Origin: Clostridia bacterium
GTDB lineage: Bacteria > Bacillota > Clostridia > Oscillospirales > CAG-272
Direction of reading: 5' to 3'
Assembly (NCBI GenBank): GCA_017937135.1
Contig: JAGBEE010000003.1
Span: 8,637 to 72,636, forward strand
DNA length: 64,000 nucleotides
Of the stretch, positions 7,973 through 17,222 are shown one piece after another. Within the stretch, counting starts at the first letter, position 1. Every line of letters begins with the position of its first letter. A model generated the notes under the pieces. That model was not told the DNA's origin. It made no database searches and was given only the letters and a program-made list of their open reading frames with translations. A program made the position numbers and the translations under genes.

Positions 7973-9934
7973 TTATTTTTCAATAACGAACACAGGCTTT
8001 TCACTAACGTTAATAGCTACAAAGCCATTTTCATTTTCAAGGTCCGTACGAAGACCATTATAGCGCTCGAATTCAAGCTCGGAGAGAATAAATTCGCCAT
8101 TTCCAACATTAAGCCTGTAGCCATCAACCTTGGTTGAATTGGAGGTTGGGCACCATACAGCATATCTTGCCTTGGAATCCTTTGTTAAGTATTTGAATAT
8201 CTTTACGTTTTCATTTCCAGAGTCAACCTCACACTCAAATGAAGTATTACCGATAATCTCCTTTGTTGTGTAAACGTAGTAGAAGGAGTCCTTTTTGTTA
8301 CCTTGAATTACGTTATTTGCGCTGATTTCGATAGGATGACGAACCAAGCCTGATGAGCCATATTTACCAACAGCAGTTTCCTCAGGACCACAGTCGCGTG
8401 ACATATACATAGCTGCGCGCTCAACGCCTATTGAGCTAAGGAGCAAATATTCACGAACAAGCCACATACCCTGTACCATACGTCCTGTATATTCACCGTA
8501 TGCGTGAGCAGATGTAGATGTTTTGTATGATTGGTTAGTATCCCAGCCAAATTCGGTAAGCCAAATTTCAAGGTTAGGATGATATCTGTCGCGCCAGTCC
8601 ATAATCTCCTCAAATGCGCCAACGATATTTCCTTCCTCGGGGCTAATACCGACGTAAATCTTATCTCCCTGGTCGCCTCTGTCCTCAATATTTATATCAA
8701 CTATCTTTTCGATTTCAGACTTGTCGTAGCACTTGCCACAGTATCTGTGCGCGTTGATTACGTCAAATGGGAGCTTGCCGTCTGGACGATTATGCTTTGC
8801 CCAAAACTCCATAGCACGTAGGTAGTTAGGGTTAAGACCTGCGCCACCCGACATAGACATAATAAAGTTAGGGTCAGCCTGCTTTACGCCGACATTTTTA
8901 TATTTTCCACAGTGTCCGTCGTAGCACATGCTTAAAAATGCTGCAAGCTCAAATGGTGAGAAGTACTGCTCACGACCTGACCACGTTCCGTCAGGCTCGT
9001 TAAGAGGCTCAAGAGCGTTAAGATATCCAAGACCTATCTTCTTTTCCTGTCCCTCATCAATCTGAATAAGCTCTGGGTCGATATTCTTGTTATGTCCGTA
9101 GCGCGCTACAAATTGGAAGAGCATAGTAGCATAGGACATATAGTTGTATGGGTCTGTTGAATCACAGGTTCCGTCCTTTGGAGTCCTTTTATGGTGAGTT
9201 GAAATAGTAGGGCAAACGTTTATTCCATATTCGTGCATACGCTTGTAATAATCGTCAAAGTCCCACATTTTATTTAAGCTTGGATTCATAGCTATAGTAG
9301 TAGCCTCACCGTTAGGAACGGTAGTCCACATCCAAGGGTGATACTCACGAATGTAGTTTACAGCACGGTTAATATCGTCAGCATCATTTATAAATGCATT
9401 CATACCAACAAAGCTGCCCAAATCCTTTTTCTTGTGTGGCTTTTTTGGCGGTGGAGTCAAATCAATATCCTCAACCTTATAGCCGTAAATTAAAATTTCA
9501 CTTGGCGCTTGGTTGTTGTTAAAGCTAAAGCTGATGTATCGAGTCTTGAAGCTCGTTTCAAAACCTGTCCACTTTCTTTGCTCGGGAGCAAGCACCTCGT
9601 TATATTCCCAGCTAAATGGAGTACCCATCTTAACTCTAACCTTACGAACACCGTAGTCAGCCTTGTCCTTTTCAGGCTTATAAGCGTCGTAGTCGTTGTA
9701 AATATACATATTAGTAATTTGGTAGATACCATCTAACTCAACAGTGAATGCAAGGTCGGTTTGACCAATCCACCAGTGGTCATGTCTTGGGTGAACCTGT
9801 GGAATTGCGCCCGGTGTGCCGTATAGTGGGTCACCATCGTTATCAAATTCGCAGAAAAAGTTAGAAACCCTTTCAATACCCATATCGTTGATAATCATTT
9901 CGGGTGTAATTCTGATTTTTTGTGAAGCTGCCAT
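7973..9934 (-). CDS. Clan GH-A-like glycoside hydrolase with an N-terminal beta-sandwich module; no signal peptide
   Basis: 653 aa. Acid/base-type LNEPDGTW and nucleophile-type WLTEFGWDTN motifs typical of (beta/alpha)8 clan A hydrolases. Paralog of 9968..11923. RBS AAGGAGAA. Confidence 0.75.
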   Translation of the reverse strand: MAASQKIRITPEMIINDMGIERVSNFFCEFDNDGDPLYGTPGAIPQVHPRHDHWWIGQTDLAFTVELDGIYQITNMYIYNDYDAYKPEKDKADYGVRKVRVKMGTPFSWEYNEVLAPEQRKWTGFETSFKTRYISFSFNNNQAPSEILIYGYKVEDIDLTPPPKKPHKKKDLGSFVGMNAFINDADDINRAVNYIREYHPWMWTTVPNGEATTIAMNPSLNKMWDFDDYYKRMHEYGINVCPTISTHHKRTPKDGTCDSTDPYNYMSYATMLFQFVARYGHNKNIDPELIQIDEGQEKKIGLGYLNALEPLNEPDGTWSGREQYFSPFELAAFLSMCYDGHCGKYKNVGVKQADPNFIMSMSGGAGLNPNYLRAMEFWAKHNRPDGKLPFDVINAHRYCGKCYDKSEIEKIVDINIEDRGDQGDKIYVGISPEEGNIVGAFEEIMDWRDRYHPNLEIWLTEFGWDTNQSYKTSTSAHAYGEYTGRMVQGMWLVREYLLLSSIGVERAAMYMSRDCGPEETAVGKYGSSGLVRHPIEISANNVIQGNKKDSFYYVYTTKEIIGNTSFECEVDSGNENVKIFKYLTKDSKARYAVWCPTSNSTKVDGYRLNVGNGEFILSELEFERYNGLRTDLENENGFVAINVSEKPVFVIEK

Positions 9935-9967
9935 CTTGTTTTCTCCTTGTTTTGTAGTAAGTAGTCT

Positions 9968-11923
9968 TTACTCACTAAATATAAGAATAGGTTTTTCGCT
10001 GACGTTTACTGTAACAATGCCATCCTTTACAGTAAGAGAAGAGGAAACACCGTCTGTATCTCCATTTTCAAACTGTGTAAGAGTAGCCTTAGTTCCATCT
10101 ATATTAAGCTTAAAGCCGTCAACCTTGATATCGTCCATGGTTGGACACCATAGAGCATAGCAGGATTTTCCCTCGCCGTTTTCAAAGCGATAAATCCAAA
10201 CGTTTTCATTTCCCGAATCGATAATCTCGGCAAAATGCATATCATTCATAGTCGCCTTTAGGGTGCTTATGTAATAATATGAGTCCTTGTATTCGCCATT
10301 AACCGTTACAACACCACTTGTGCCATATTTTCCAATGCCGGTTGCCTCATCACCCTCATCGCGTATCATATACATCGCAGCACGGTCAACACCAACAGAT
10401 GCGAACATAAAGTATGCACGCACAAGCCACATAGCTTGAAGCTGTCTTGCTGTGAAATTTGCGTATGGGTGGCACGCATTTTCGGTTTCATAGCTTGTAT
10501 TAGTATCCCAACCAAATTCAGTAACCCAAACCTCAATATCGGGATAATACTTATCTCTGTATTCGCAGAGCTTTTTAACCTCGTCGGTTATACCACCGAT
10601 TTCGGGGCAAACACCAACATAAACCCTGTATCCATTAAAGCTAATTAGCTTTTTACAATATGTATGAACATTAAATGCATCCATAGCAACCTTGCCATCG
10701 GAGCGATTATTTTCCATCCAGAAAACCATAGATTTTATGTATCTTGTCTGTATTCCCGCAAGACCTGCCATAGCAAGCTTCATATTTGGGTCTGCATTTT
10801 TGATGCCGATGCCACTCTTGCTCTCAGTCTTAACAGTGTTTACGTGTCCGTCATAAGCGCAGGAGGTGAGCGCTGCAAGCTCATATGGGGTAAAGCCGTC
10901 ATTTCCCTCACCATTTGGTTCATTTCCAGCCTCTATCCACGTAATGTAGCCAAGATTCATTCGTGTTCCACCTGATACGGTGTAAATTAAATCCTCGGTA
11001 TTTAACGGGTTGTTACCAAATCTAAGCGCTGTTTGATAAATAAGCTCGGAATACATAACGTATGCGCTCGGATCTGTTTTATCCTTGCCCTCAAGAGCAG
11101 GAGAAACGTTTGGGAACATAAAGCAGGGAACACACTGTACACCATGCCTTTTTGTTAATGAGCTATACGCGCTTGTGTATGTAGAGGTAACATTATCACC
11201 AAAGCTTACAGCCTCGTTTGGATATTTTGATTTATCATAAAGCCAAGCCCAGTTTATATAATCCCTAAAATAGCTTGCACATTTTATGTTCTTTTTGCCA
11301 TCTGAGTCTATTCTATTACCGTTCGCGCCAAGGAAATAGCTAAAATCCTTGTAATTGTGCGCCTCGGTATTGACAGGCTCATATTTTGATGTAGCATAGC
11401 CATAGAAAAGAATTTCCCAAGGAGCGTGCTCATTATCAAACAAAAGATTTACATATCTTGTTTCATAGTCAATCTCAATTTTGTGCCAGCCCTTGCCTAA
11501 GCCCTTCGCTTCATATTTTTCTTCATACTTAAAGGGAGTGCCAGCCTCGGCAGTAATTGATGAGGAGTCAGAGCCAAAATAAACGTAAAAGCATTCAACA
11601 TAGCATTTAAGTCCAAAATCAACAGTTACCTCGAAAATGTGTGTTTTGTCCTTGTCGGTTAAATCACCGTCATTATCTGCATCAAGCAGCTCAAGTGCGC
11701 TTTTTGGCGCTTGGTGCTTGGAAATATCTGGGGTGAGATGAATATTGCCAATGCTTGTTTGCTCATCAAACATAGGTGAGAAGTCCTTTAAGGACGTGCC
11801 TACATATGTCATATTCTCATAATCAATTGGTAGTAGCTTCGTGTCCTCTGAGCAAGCAGAGAAGGCTAATATAGCGCATAAAACCAAAGCGCAAAGGCAA
11901 ATCTTTAAAAACTTAGTCTTCAT
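9968..11923 (-). CDS. Clan GH-A-like glycoside hydrolase lipoprotein
   Basis: 651 aa. Lipobox signal peptide (LAFSAC). Motifs GNEPNGEG and WVTEFGWDTN. Same architecture as 7973..9934. Confidence 0.75.
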   Translation of the reverse strand: MKTKFLKICLCALVLCAILAFSACSEDTKLLPIDYENMTYVGTSLKDFSPMFDEQTSIGNIHLTPDISKHQAPKSALELLDADNDGDLTDKDKTHIFEVTVDFGLKCYVECFYVYFGSDSSSITAEAGTPFKYEEKYEAKGLGKGWHKIEIDYETRYVNLLFDNEHAPWEILFYGYATSKYEPVNTEAHNYKDFSYFLGANGNRIDSDGKKNIKCASYFRDYINWAWLYDKSKYPNEAVSFGDNVTSTYTSAYSSLTKRHGVQCVPCFMFPNVSPALEGKDKTDPSAYVMYSELIYQTALRFGNNPLNTEDLIYTVSGGTRMNLGYITWIEAGNEPNGEGNDGFTPYELAALTSCAYDGHVNTVKTESKSGIGIKNADPNMKLAMAGLAGIQTRYIKSMVFWMENNRSDGKVAMDAFNVHTYCKKLISFNGYRVYVGVCPEIGGITDEVKKLCEYRDKYYPDIEVWVTEFGWDTNTSYETENACHPYANFTARQLQAMWLVRAYFMFASVGVDRAAMYMIRDEGDEATGIGKYGTSGVVTVNGEYKDSYYYISTLKATMNDMHFAEIIDSGNENVWIYRFENGEGKSCYALWCPTMDDIKVDGFKLNIDGTKATLTQFENGDTDGVSSSLTVKDGIVTVNVSEKPILIFSE

Positions 11924-12109
11924 TTTATTTCATTAATATTCCATTCAAATTATCAATATAGAAAAATGCTACTTTAAGTATAATATAACATAGCGAAAAA
12001 GTCAATAAAATGTGCATTTTTTCCAAAAATAAATTCGGCTCAAATGTTATTTTTGCTTAAAGAGCACAAATATGCAAAATGCATCACATTAAGACAAAGA
12101 AAATATAGC

Positions 12110-12133
12110 TTTTTCAACAGTTGCGTTGAAAAA
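12110..12133. promoter_or_regulatory. Perfect 9-bp inverted repeat in the divergent control region
   Basis: TTTTTCAAC-AGTTGC-GTTGAAAAA, in the middle of the 453-bp spacer between the two divergent operons. Confidence 0.35.
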
Positions 12134-12300
12134 TACCCAACCCAGTGTTTAAAAAAGCATAAAAGATTACATTTTTTAAAAGCAAGATGCTTTGTTAATT
12201 TTTTTTGAACATACTACAAATAAAAAATGTTTTATCGACACTCCTTGACACTTTTTGCTTGATAACGCTCTTATATGGTAGCTTGTACCACTTGACAGAC

Positions 12301-12329
12301 TTGACTTTTTATATATTTTATGATATTAT
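12301..12329 (+). promoter_or_regulatory. Candidate SigA-type promoter of the lipoprotein operon
   Basis: TTGACT, 17-nt spacer, TATTAT. About 48 nt upstream of the ATG at 12377. Confidence 0.45.
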
Positions 12330-12376
12330 ATATTTCGGCTATAATATTAGTTAATAATTTATATAGGAGATAAAAT

Positions 12377-15300
12377 ATGAAGAAGATGAAAAAGGCGCTT
12401 ACCCTATTCTTAGCGCTCCTTATGCTCGCAACGGTTGTTTTGCAAATGGTTGCTTGCGGTGTGACAGAGGACCCTGTGGATACAGGCTCTGAGAATAATG
12501 TTGGTAATGCAACCTACACAGTGAAGATTAAAACACTTGGTAATATGCCACTTAGTGATGTTACTGTGTACTTAATCGACAAGGACGGAAATATCGTCGG
12601 CCGTCCAGGTGTAACCGATTTAGAGGGAGTTGTTTCCTTTACTGCACCTAAATCAAACGATTATTCTATTGAAATTTCTGACGGAGTGCCCGAGGGATAC
12701 TTAGTGGCAGACTCATATAAGCTAAGCGAGGTTGGAAATGAAATAATCCTTACATCAAAGGTAATTGATGATGAAAAAACCGACTCAAATTTTTATGAGA
12801 CGGGAGACATTATGTACGACTTTACCGTTACTGACGTTAATGGCAATGAGGTAAAGCTATCAAAGCTCCTTGAAAAGAACAAGGCAGTTTTATTAAACTT
12901 CTGGTATGTTGACTGCTCCTGGTGTCAAAAGGAATTCCCTGATATGAACGCAGTTTATAAGGACTATAAGGACAAGGGAATAGAAATTGTAGCTCTTAAT
13001 GCAGTTGATACAAATGCTGATATTCTTTCCTATAACAAGCCTTCATCAGGCTATCTTAAGGAGCCACTTGAATTTATTCTTGCTCGCGATACAGCAGGAA
13101 TTACATCTATGTTCAACGTTCAAGGCTTCCCAACAAGCGTAGTTGTTGACCGTTATGGTATGATTAGCGTTATTGAGTCTGGAGCTATAATAGGCGAATC
13201 ATATTTCAAAAATGCCTTTGACCACTTTATATCTCCTGTTTATGAGCAGGGCATTTATCAAAGCTTAAAGGAATTTACCCCTGTAATTAAGCCAAATGTT
13301 GATACTCCTACCTCAGAGGCTGTTAAGGATGCTGTACAAAATGGTGACTTTAACGCAACCTATTCAAATGATGAAAATGAGTACTCATGGCCATTTGTAA
13401 TTGGCGAATATGATGGCAAGAAGGTAATTTATCCTTCTAACAAGAAATACGACAACTCATATGCTACATTGTATATTGACATAGAGCTTCAAGCGGGTCA
13501 GGCATTTATGTTTGATTACTTCTCATCAACAGACCTTGGCTACGACGTTCTTACTATTTCTGCAACAGCAGACGGAATTACAAATGAAATTTATTCAATT
13601 TCAGGTATAGGCGAAGAGTGGGAGAAGTGCTGTGCATATGTTGCTAAGGAAACGGGAACATATCGCATTGCAATGTTCTATGTTAAGGATGAATCCGATT
13701 CCGAGGGCGATGATACAGTATATCTTACAAATCTAAGAGTTGTAGATAGCGAAGAGGTTGATGTTGAAACCTATATTACACGTCCGGCAGTATCAAAGCC
13801 AAACAGCACAGGCTCTGACTTTGAAAGCTATGTAGAAATTGTTCTTGGCGACGACGGATATTACCACGTTGGAACAAAGGACGGCCCAATTCTTCTTGCA
13901 AGACTTATGGGCGTAACACCATTTACTGATAAGTTCACAGACAGATACACAGTTAACGATACTCTTTATAAGAATTTTGTTACAACTGATGAAAACACAG
14001 GAATCTCTAAGTATGGTGAGTTCCTTATTGACGGTGAAAACTGCTTGACAGCATTTATTAGATATTGTAACTATGCATCAAATGCTTCTGTTACAGGCTT
14101 CTGTAGTGTAACACCTGAGCTCAAGACATATCTTGACGCATTTGCAAAGAAGTTCGGCACAGGCTATCACGAAAATCAATGGCTCCAAATGTGCTTCTAT
14201 CTTGATTCCTATGGAACAGACAAGGAATACGAGGACCCAATTAAGGGACTTACCTCATTTAGCGCATACGAGGCAGTAATGGGCGAGCCTAACTCTGTTT
14301 CATACAGTAAGATTCTTCTTCCAAGAGGAAAGCTTTATAGATTCGTTCCAACAGAATCTGGCGTATATAGATTCAGAACAAACTCTAAGCAAGAGGTTCT
14401 TGGCTGGATATTCATTAACGACCACGATTATTGGATAGCTAATGGCGATGATAGAACAATGTATGAGCAAAGTGATCAAGGCTCAAGAGAACCATACTAT
14501 ACAAATCTCGTTGACACAGGTAGAGTTGACCCTGAAACAAAGGAGCCAATTTACGAGGTTGATAACACAAATGCAGAAATCACTGCATACTTAGAGGCAG
14601 GTAAGGAATACTACGTATCCTTTGCATACTATGACCTCTATGGTGTAGGCACATTCACATTTGATATAAGCTACCTTGGTAGCACATACGACTTCTTTGT
14701 AGCTGCATCCTCTGGCGCATTTACAACAGAGCTTCTTCCAGGTGATATATTGGGTGATACTATCTCAGGTGGTGTTGATATTTATCTATCAGCTGACGGA
14801 TATTTCCATCACTTAATTAAGACCTACACAACAGAAGAAGAGGCGCAGGAGGCAGGATTAACTCTTGTACCAAGCGACGTATTACCTGATGATATGGGCA
14901 AATACTACGAGCTTTGTACCTATGATAAATGTACAGTATGTCCTAAGCATGCAAAGGAGCAAGGAGCAGACCTCTCAACAAAGTATTACCACTACCGTGG
15001 CTCAGTGCTTTATGCAGACTTTAAGTTCCCAACAAACATCTTCCAGACAGACCTTATTACTAACCTAATAGACAAGGGTGCGTTCAACTTCACAAGAACG
15101 GAAACAGATGAGGATGCGATTAAGAACGGCTATGTAACAAAGACCGATGACGAGCTCAAGAAGCTGTGGGGAGACAGCTATGAATATGCAATGGATTACT
15201 ATCAGATAGATGATTTAAGAAAAGGCATTTATCACGGAAAGGGTGAAGATAGAACGGAGGAAATTCGTTCTTACCTTGAAAGGATGATACCTGAAACAGT

Positions 15301-15466
15301 AGAAAATCCTGAGCTTCAGGGCTGTGTAATGGTTGATGAGGAGCTGGCTGACCTTCTCCAAAGCCTTATGGATAAGTACAGCTTGACAAACGAGGGCTAT
15401 TCAATAACACACTCATTTGCAAAGCTTTGCTACTACTACAAGCAGCTTGGCACAGTAATTGACTAA
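12377..15466 (+). CDS. Large surface lipoprotein with a prealbumin-like domain, a TlpA/ResA-like thioredoxin domain (CSWC) and uncharacterised C-terminal domains
   Basis: 1029 aa. Lipobox (QMVAC) then GVTEDPVDTGS. Carboxypeptidase-regulatory-like segment (YTVKIKT...VSFTAP). AhpC/TSA-type thioredoxin fold LLNFWYVDCSWCQKEFP...GFPTSVVVD. Confidence 0.85.
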   Translation: MKKMKKALTLFLALLMLATVVLQMVACGVTEDPVDTGSENNVGNATYTVKIKTLGNMPLSDVTVYLIDKDGNIVGRPGVTDLEGVVSFTAPKSNDYSIEISDGVPEGYLVADSYKLSEVGNEIILTSKVIDDEKTDSNFYETGDIMYDFTVTDVNGNEVKLSKLLEKNKAVLLNFWYVDCSWCQKEFPDMNAVYKDYKDKGIEIVALNAVDTNADILSYNKPSSGYLKEPLEFILARDTAGITSMFNVQGFPTSVVVDRYGMISVIESGAIIGESYFKNAFDHFISPVYEQGIYQSLKEFTPVIKPNVDTPTSEAVKDAVQNGDFNATYSNDENEYSWPFVIGEYDGKKVIYPSNKKYDNSYATLYIDIELQAGQAFMFDYFSSTDLGYDVLTISATADGITNEIYSISGIGEEWEKCCAYVAKETGTYRIAMFYVKDESDSEGDDTVYLTNLRVVDSEEVDVETYITRPAVSKPNSTGSDFESYVEIVLGDDGYYHVGTKDGPILLARLMGVTPFTDKFTDRYTVNDTLYKNFVTTDENTGISKYGEFLIDGENCLTAFIRYCNYASNASVTGFCSVTPELKTYLDAFAKKFGTGYHENQWLQMCFYLDSYGTDKEYEDPIKGLTSFSAYEAVMGEPNSVSYSKILLPRGKLYRFVPTESGVYRFRTNSKQEVLGWIFINDHDYWIANGDDRTMYEQSDQGSREPYYTNLVDTGRVDPETKEPIYEVDNTNAEITAYLEAGKEYYVSFAYYDLYGVGTFTFDISYLGSTYDFFVAASSGAFTTELLPGDILGDTISGGVDIYLSADGYFHHLIKTYTTEEEAQEAGLTLVPSDVLPDDMGKYYELCTYDKCTVCPKHAKEQGADLSTKYYHYRGSVLYADFKFPTNIFQTDLITNLIDKGAFNFTRTETDEDAIKNGYVTKTDDELKKLWGDSYEYAMDYYQIDDLRKGIYHGKGEDRTEEIRSYLERMIPETVENPELQGCVMVDEELADLLQSLMDKYSLTNEGYSITHSFAKLCYYYKQLGTVID

Positions 15467-15480
15467 TCAATAAGCTGATA

Positions 15481-15504
15481 TGCCACACGCACACGCGTGT
15501 GGCA
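15481..15504 (+). other. Intercistronic GC-rich hairpin
   Basis: TGCCACACGC-ACAC-GCGTGTGGCA (10 bp), with no T-run. It lies between the first and second lipoprotein genes. Confidence 0.5.
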
Positions 15505-15537
15505 TTGGCTCTTATGATAGTGAAATTTGGAGTAAAA

Positions 15538-17208
15538 ATGAAGAAATCAAAGATACTTTTAATAATAAGCGTGCTCGTTTGCTTTATGCTCCTTGTGTGC
15601 TCCTGTGGAGAGGGTGATCCCGTAGATACATCGAGTGGCACAAATGACGAAACGACACAGACATATACCGTAAAGGTAGTAAACTATAAGGGTGAAGCGC
15701 CGGATAAGGACATTATAGTTGACTTTATGAAGGGCGAACAAATAGTAACTACAAAAAGAACAAATGACAAGGGCGAGGTAAGCGTAGCTCTTGAAAAGGG
15801 CGAATACAAAATAGTGCTTTCATATGCAAAGGGCGCGCCCTATTATGACGCAAGCAAGGCAATATTGACACCAGAGAATAACTCAGTTGAAATTATGCTT
15901 TACGACCTTCCTTTACAGGATAAAATTACAATTTCTCCTGCATATTGGAATGACGAAACGCTTGAATATGACCGTAAGGTATATAATGCAGTTCTTATCA
16001 ACGAGGGTGCAACCCTTGTAAATATAGATGACAAAAACGGTTCATATTACGTATTTACCCCAACGCGAGGCGGTATTTATAAAATTGGCTGTATTGCAAG
16101 CGCCGACGTTAAATTCGGATATTTCGGTGATGCAAACTACGTTCAAGCCGAGAGCCTTGAGCATTTATACAAGGACGGATATTTTGAAATTGAAATTAAG
16201 GACAGTGGTATAAACATAGGAGAGGGAGGAACAACACGCTTGGTATTTGGTGTTACCTCTAAAAAATCAACCGACTGTGTTATTACTATTGAGCGTACAG
16301 GTAATCCTAAGGCAGACCCGCTAAGAATTGACGAAATGCCAAGAGAGGTCTCAGATACAGAATACAAATACGACTATCTTAATTACTTAATAACCGACTT
16401 TGATATTACAAATAAGGAGCTGAAAATCGTATTTAACGAAAACGATGGCTTCTATCATTTGAATACACAAGACGGACCTGTTATTTTTGTAAGAGTAGCA
16501 AGCGATAATGCTTATTCAATATCCTTCTATGATATATGTCAGCTCACATCGCTTCATATGTATGAATATGATGAGGACGGCGCACCTATAAAATACCATA
16601 ATTACAACCCAATTTTTGAGGCATATGCAGAAAAATGCGATGGTGCAGGAATTTGTCCTCTTACAAGCGAGCTTATGAATGCTATCAAAAATGCAGGCGA
16701 GGAAAAGAATTGGTGGAACTTTGAAAATGAGGAAACACCAATGCTTTCAATGACAATTGAAGGCTTGGAATCTGGCGTAACAAAGGAAAACATCTGCCTT
16801 GAAAATGCGTGGGCGTTTGCTTGCTGTTACGTGGATTTTGATGCATTTGGCTCGGAAAGCAGTCCAATCAAATTAGAAATTGGCGACCCTTACGAGAGTA
16901 ACGTAAATGGTACATCTGTTACAAGCTATATAAAATACAACGCCTTAGTAGGCACAGAGGCAACATACCTTAAGCCAGCAACCTTAGGTGGTTATTTAAC
17001 TATTGAGGGCGCAAAAAATATTACAGTAGTATATGATGGCGTAACATACGTAGCTGATAGTGAGGGCAATATAACCGTTGATGGTGTAGAATTTGAGGGC
17101 GAGAATATAGTAGTTCATATCAGTGACCCGGAAAAGACAGCCACAATCACAGCGACAGAAAATGAAAGCGAAATTCGCTTCCAATTTACAACAAGCGAAT
17201 TAAGCTAA
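15538..17208 (+). CDS. Surface lipoprotein with a prealbumin-like domain and a domain shared with 12377..15466
   Basis: Start moved to the ATG at 15538 (GGAG upstream). Lipobox LLVCSC then GEGDPVDTSSG. Segment NDGFYHLNTQDGPVIFVRV...CPLTSELMNAIK aligns with DDGYYHVGTKDGPILLARL...CSVTPELKTYLD of the upstream protein. Confidence 0.8.
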   Translation: MKKSKILLIISVLVCFMLLVCSCGEGDPVDTSSGTNDETTQTYTVKVVNYKGEAPDKDIIVDFMKGEQIVTTKRTNDKGEVSVALEKGEYKIVLSYAKGAPYYDASKAILTPENNSVEIMLYDLPLQDKITISPAYWNDETLEYDRKVYNAVLINEGATLVNIDDKNGSYYVFTPTRGGIYKIGCIASADVKFGYFGDANYVQAESLEHLYKDGYFEIEIKDSGINIGEGGTTRLVFGVTSKKSTDCVITIERTGNPKADPLRIDEMPREVSDTEYKYDYLNYLITDFDITNKELKIVFNENDGFYHLNTQDGPVIFVRVASDNAYSISFYDICQLTSLHMYEYDEDGAPIKYHNYNPIFEAYAEKCDGAGICPLTSELMNAIKNAGEEKNWWNFENEETPMLSMTIEGLESGVTKENICLENAWAFACCYVDFDAFGSESSPIKLEIGDPYESNVNGTSVTSYIKYNALVGTEATYLKPATLGGYLTIEGAKNITVVYDGVTYVADSEGNITVDGVEFEGENIVVHISDPEKTATITATENESEIRFQFTTSELS

Positions 17209-17222
17209 TATAGGAGGAAAAT

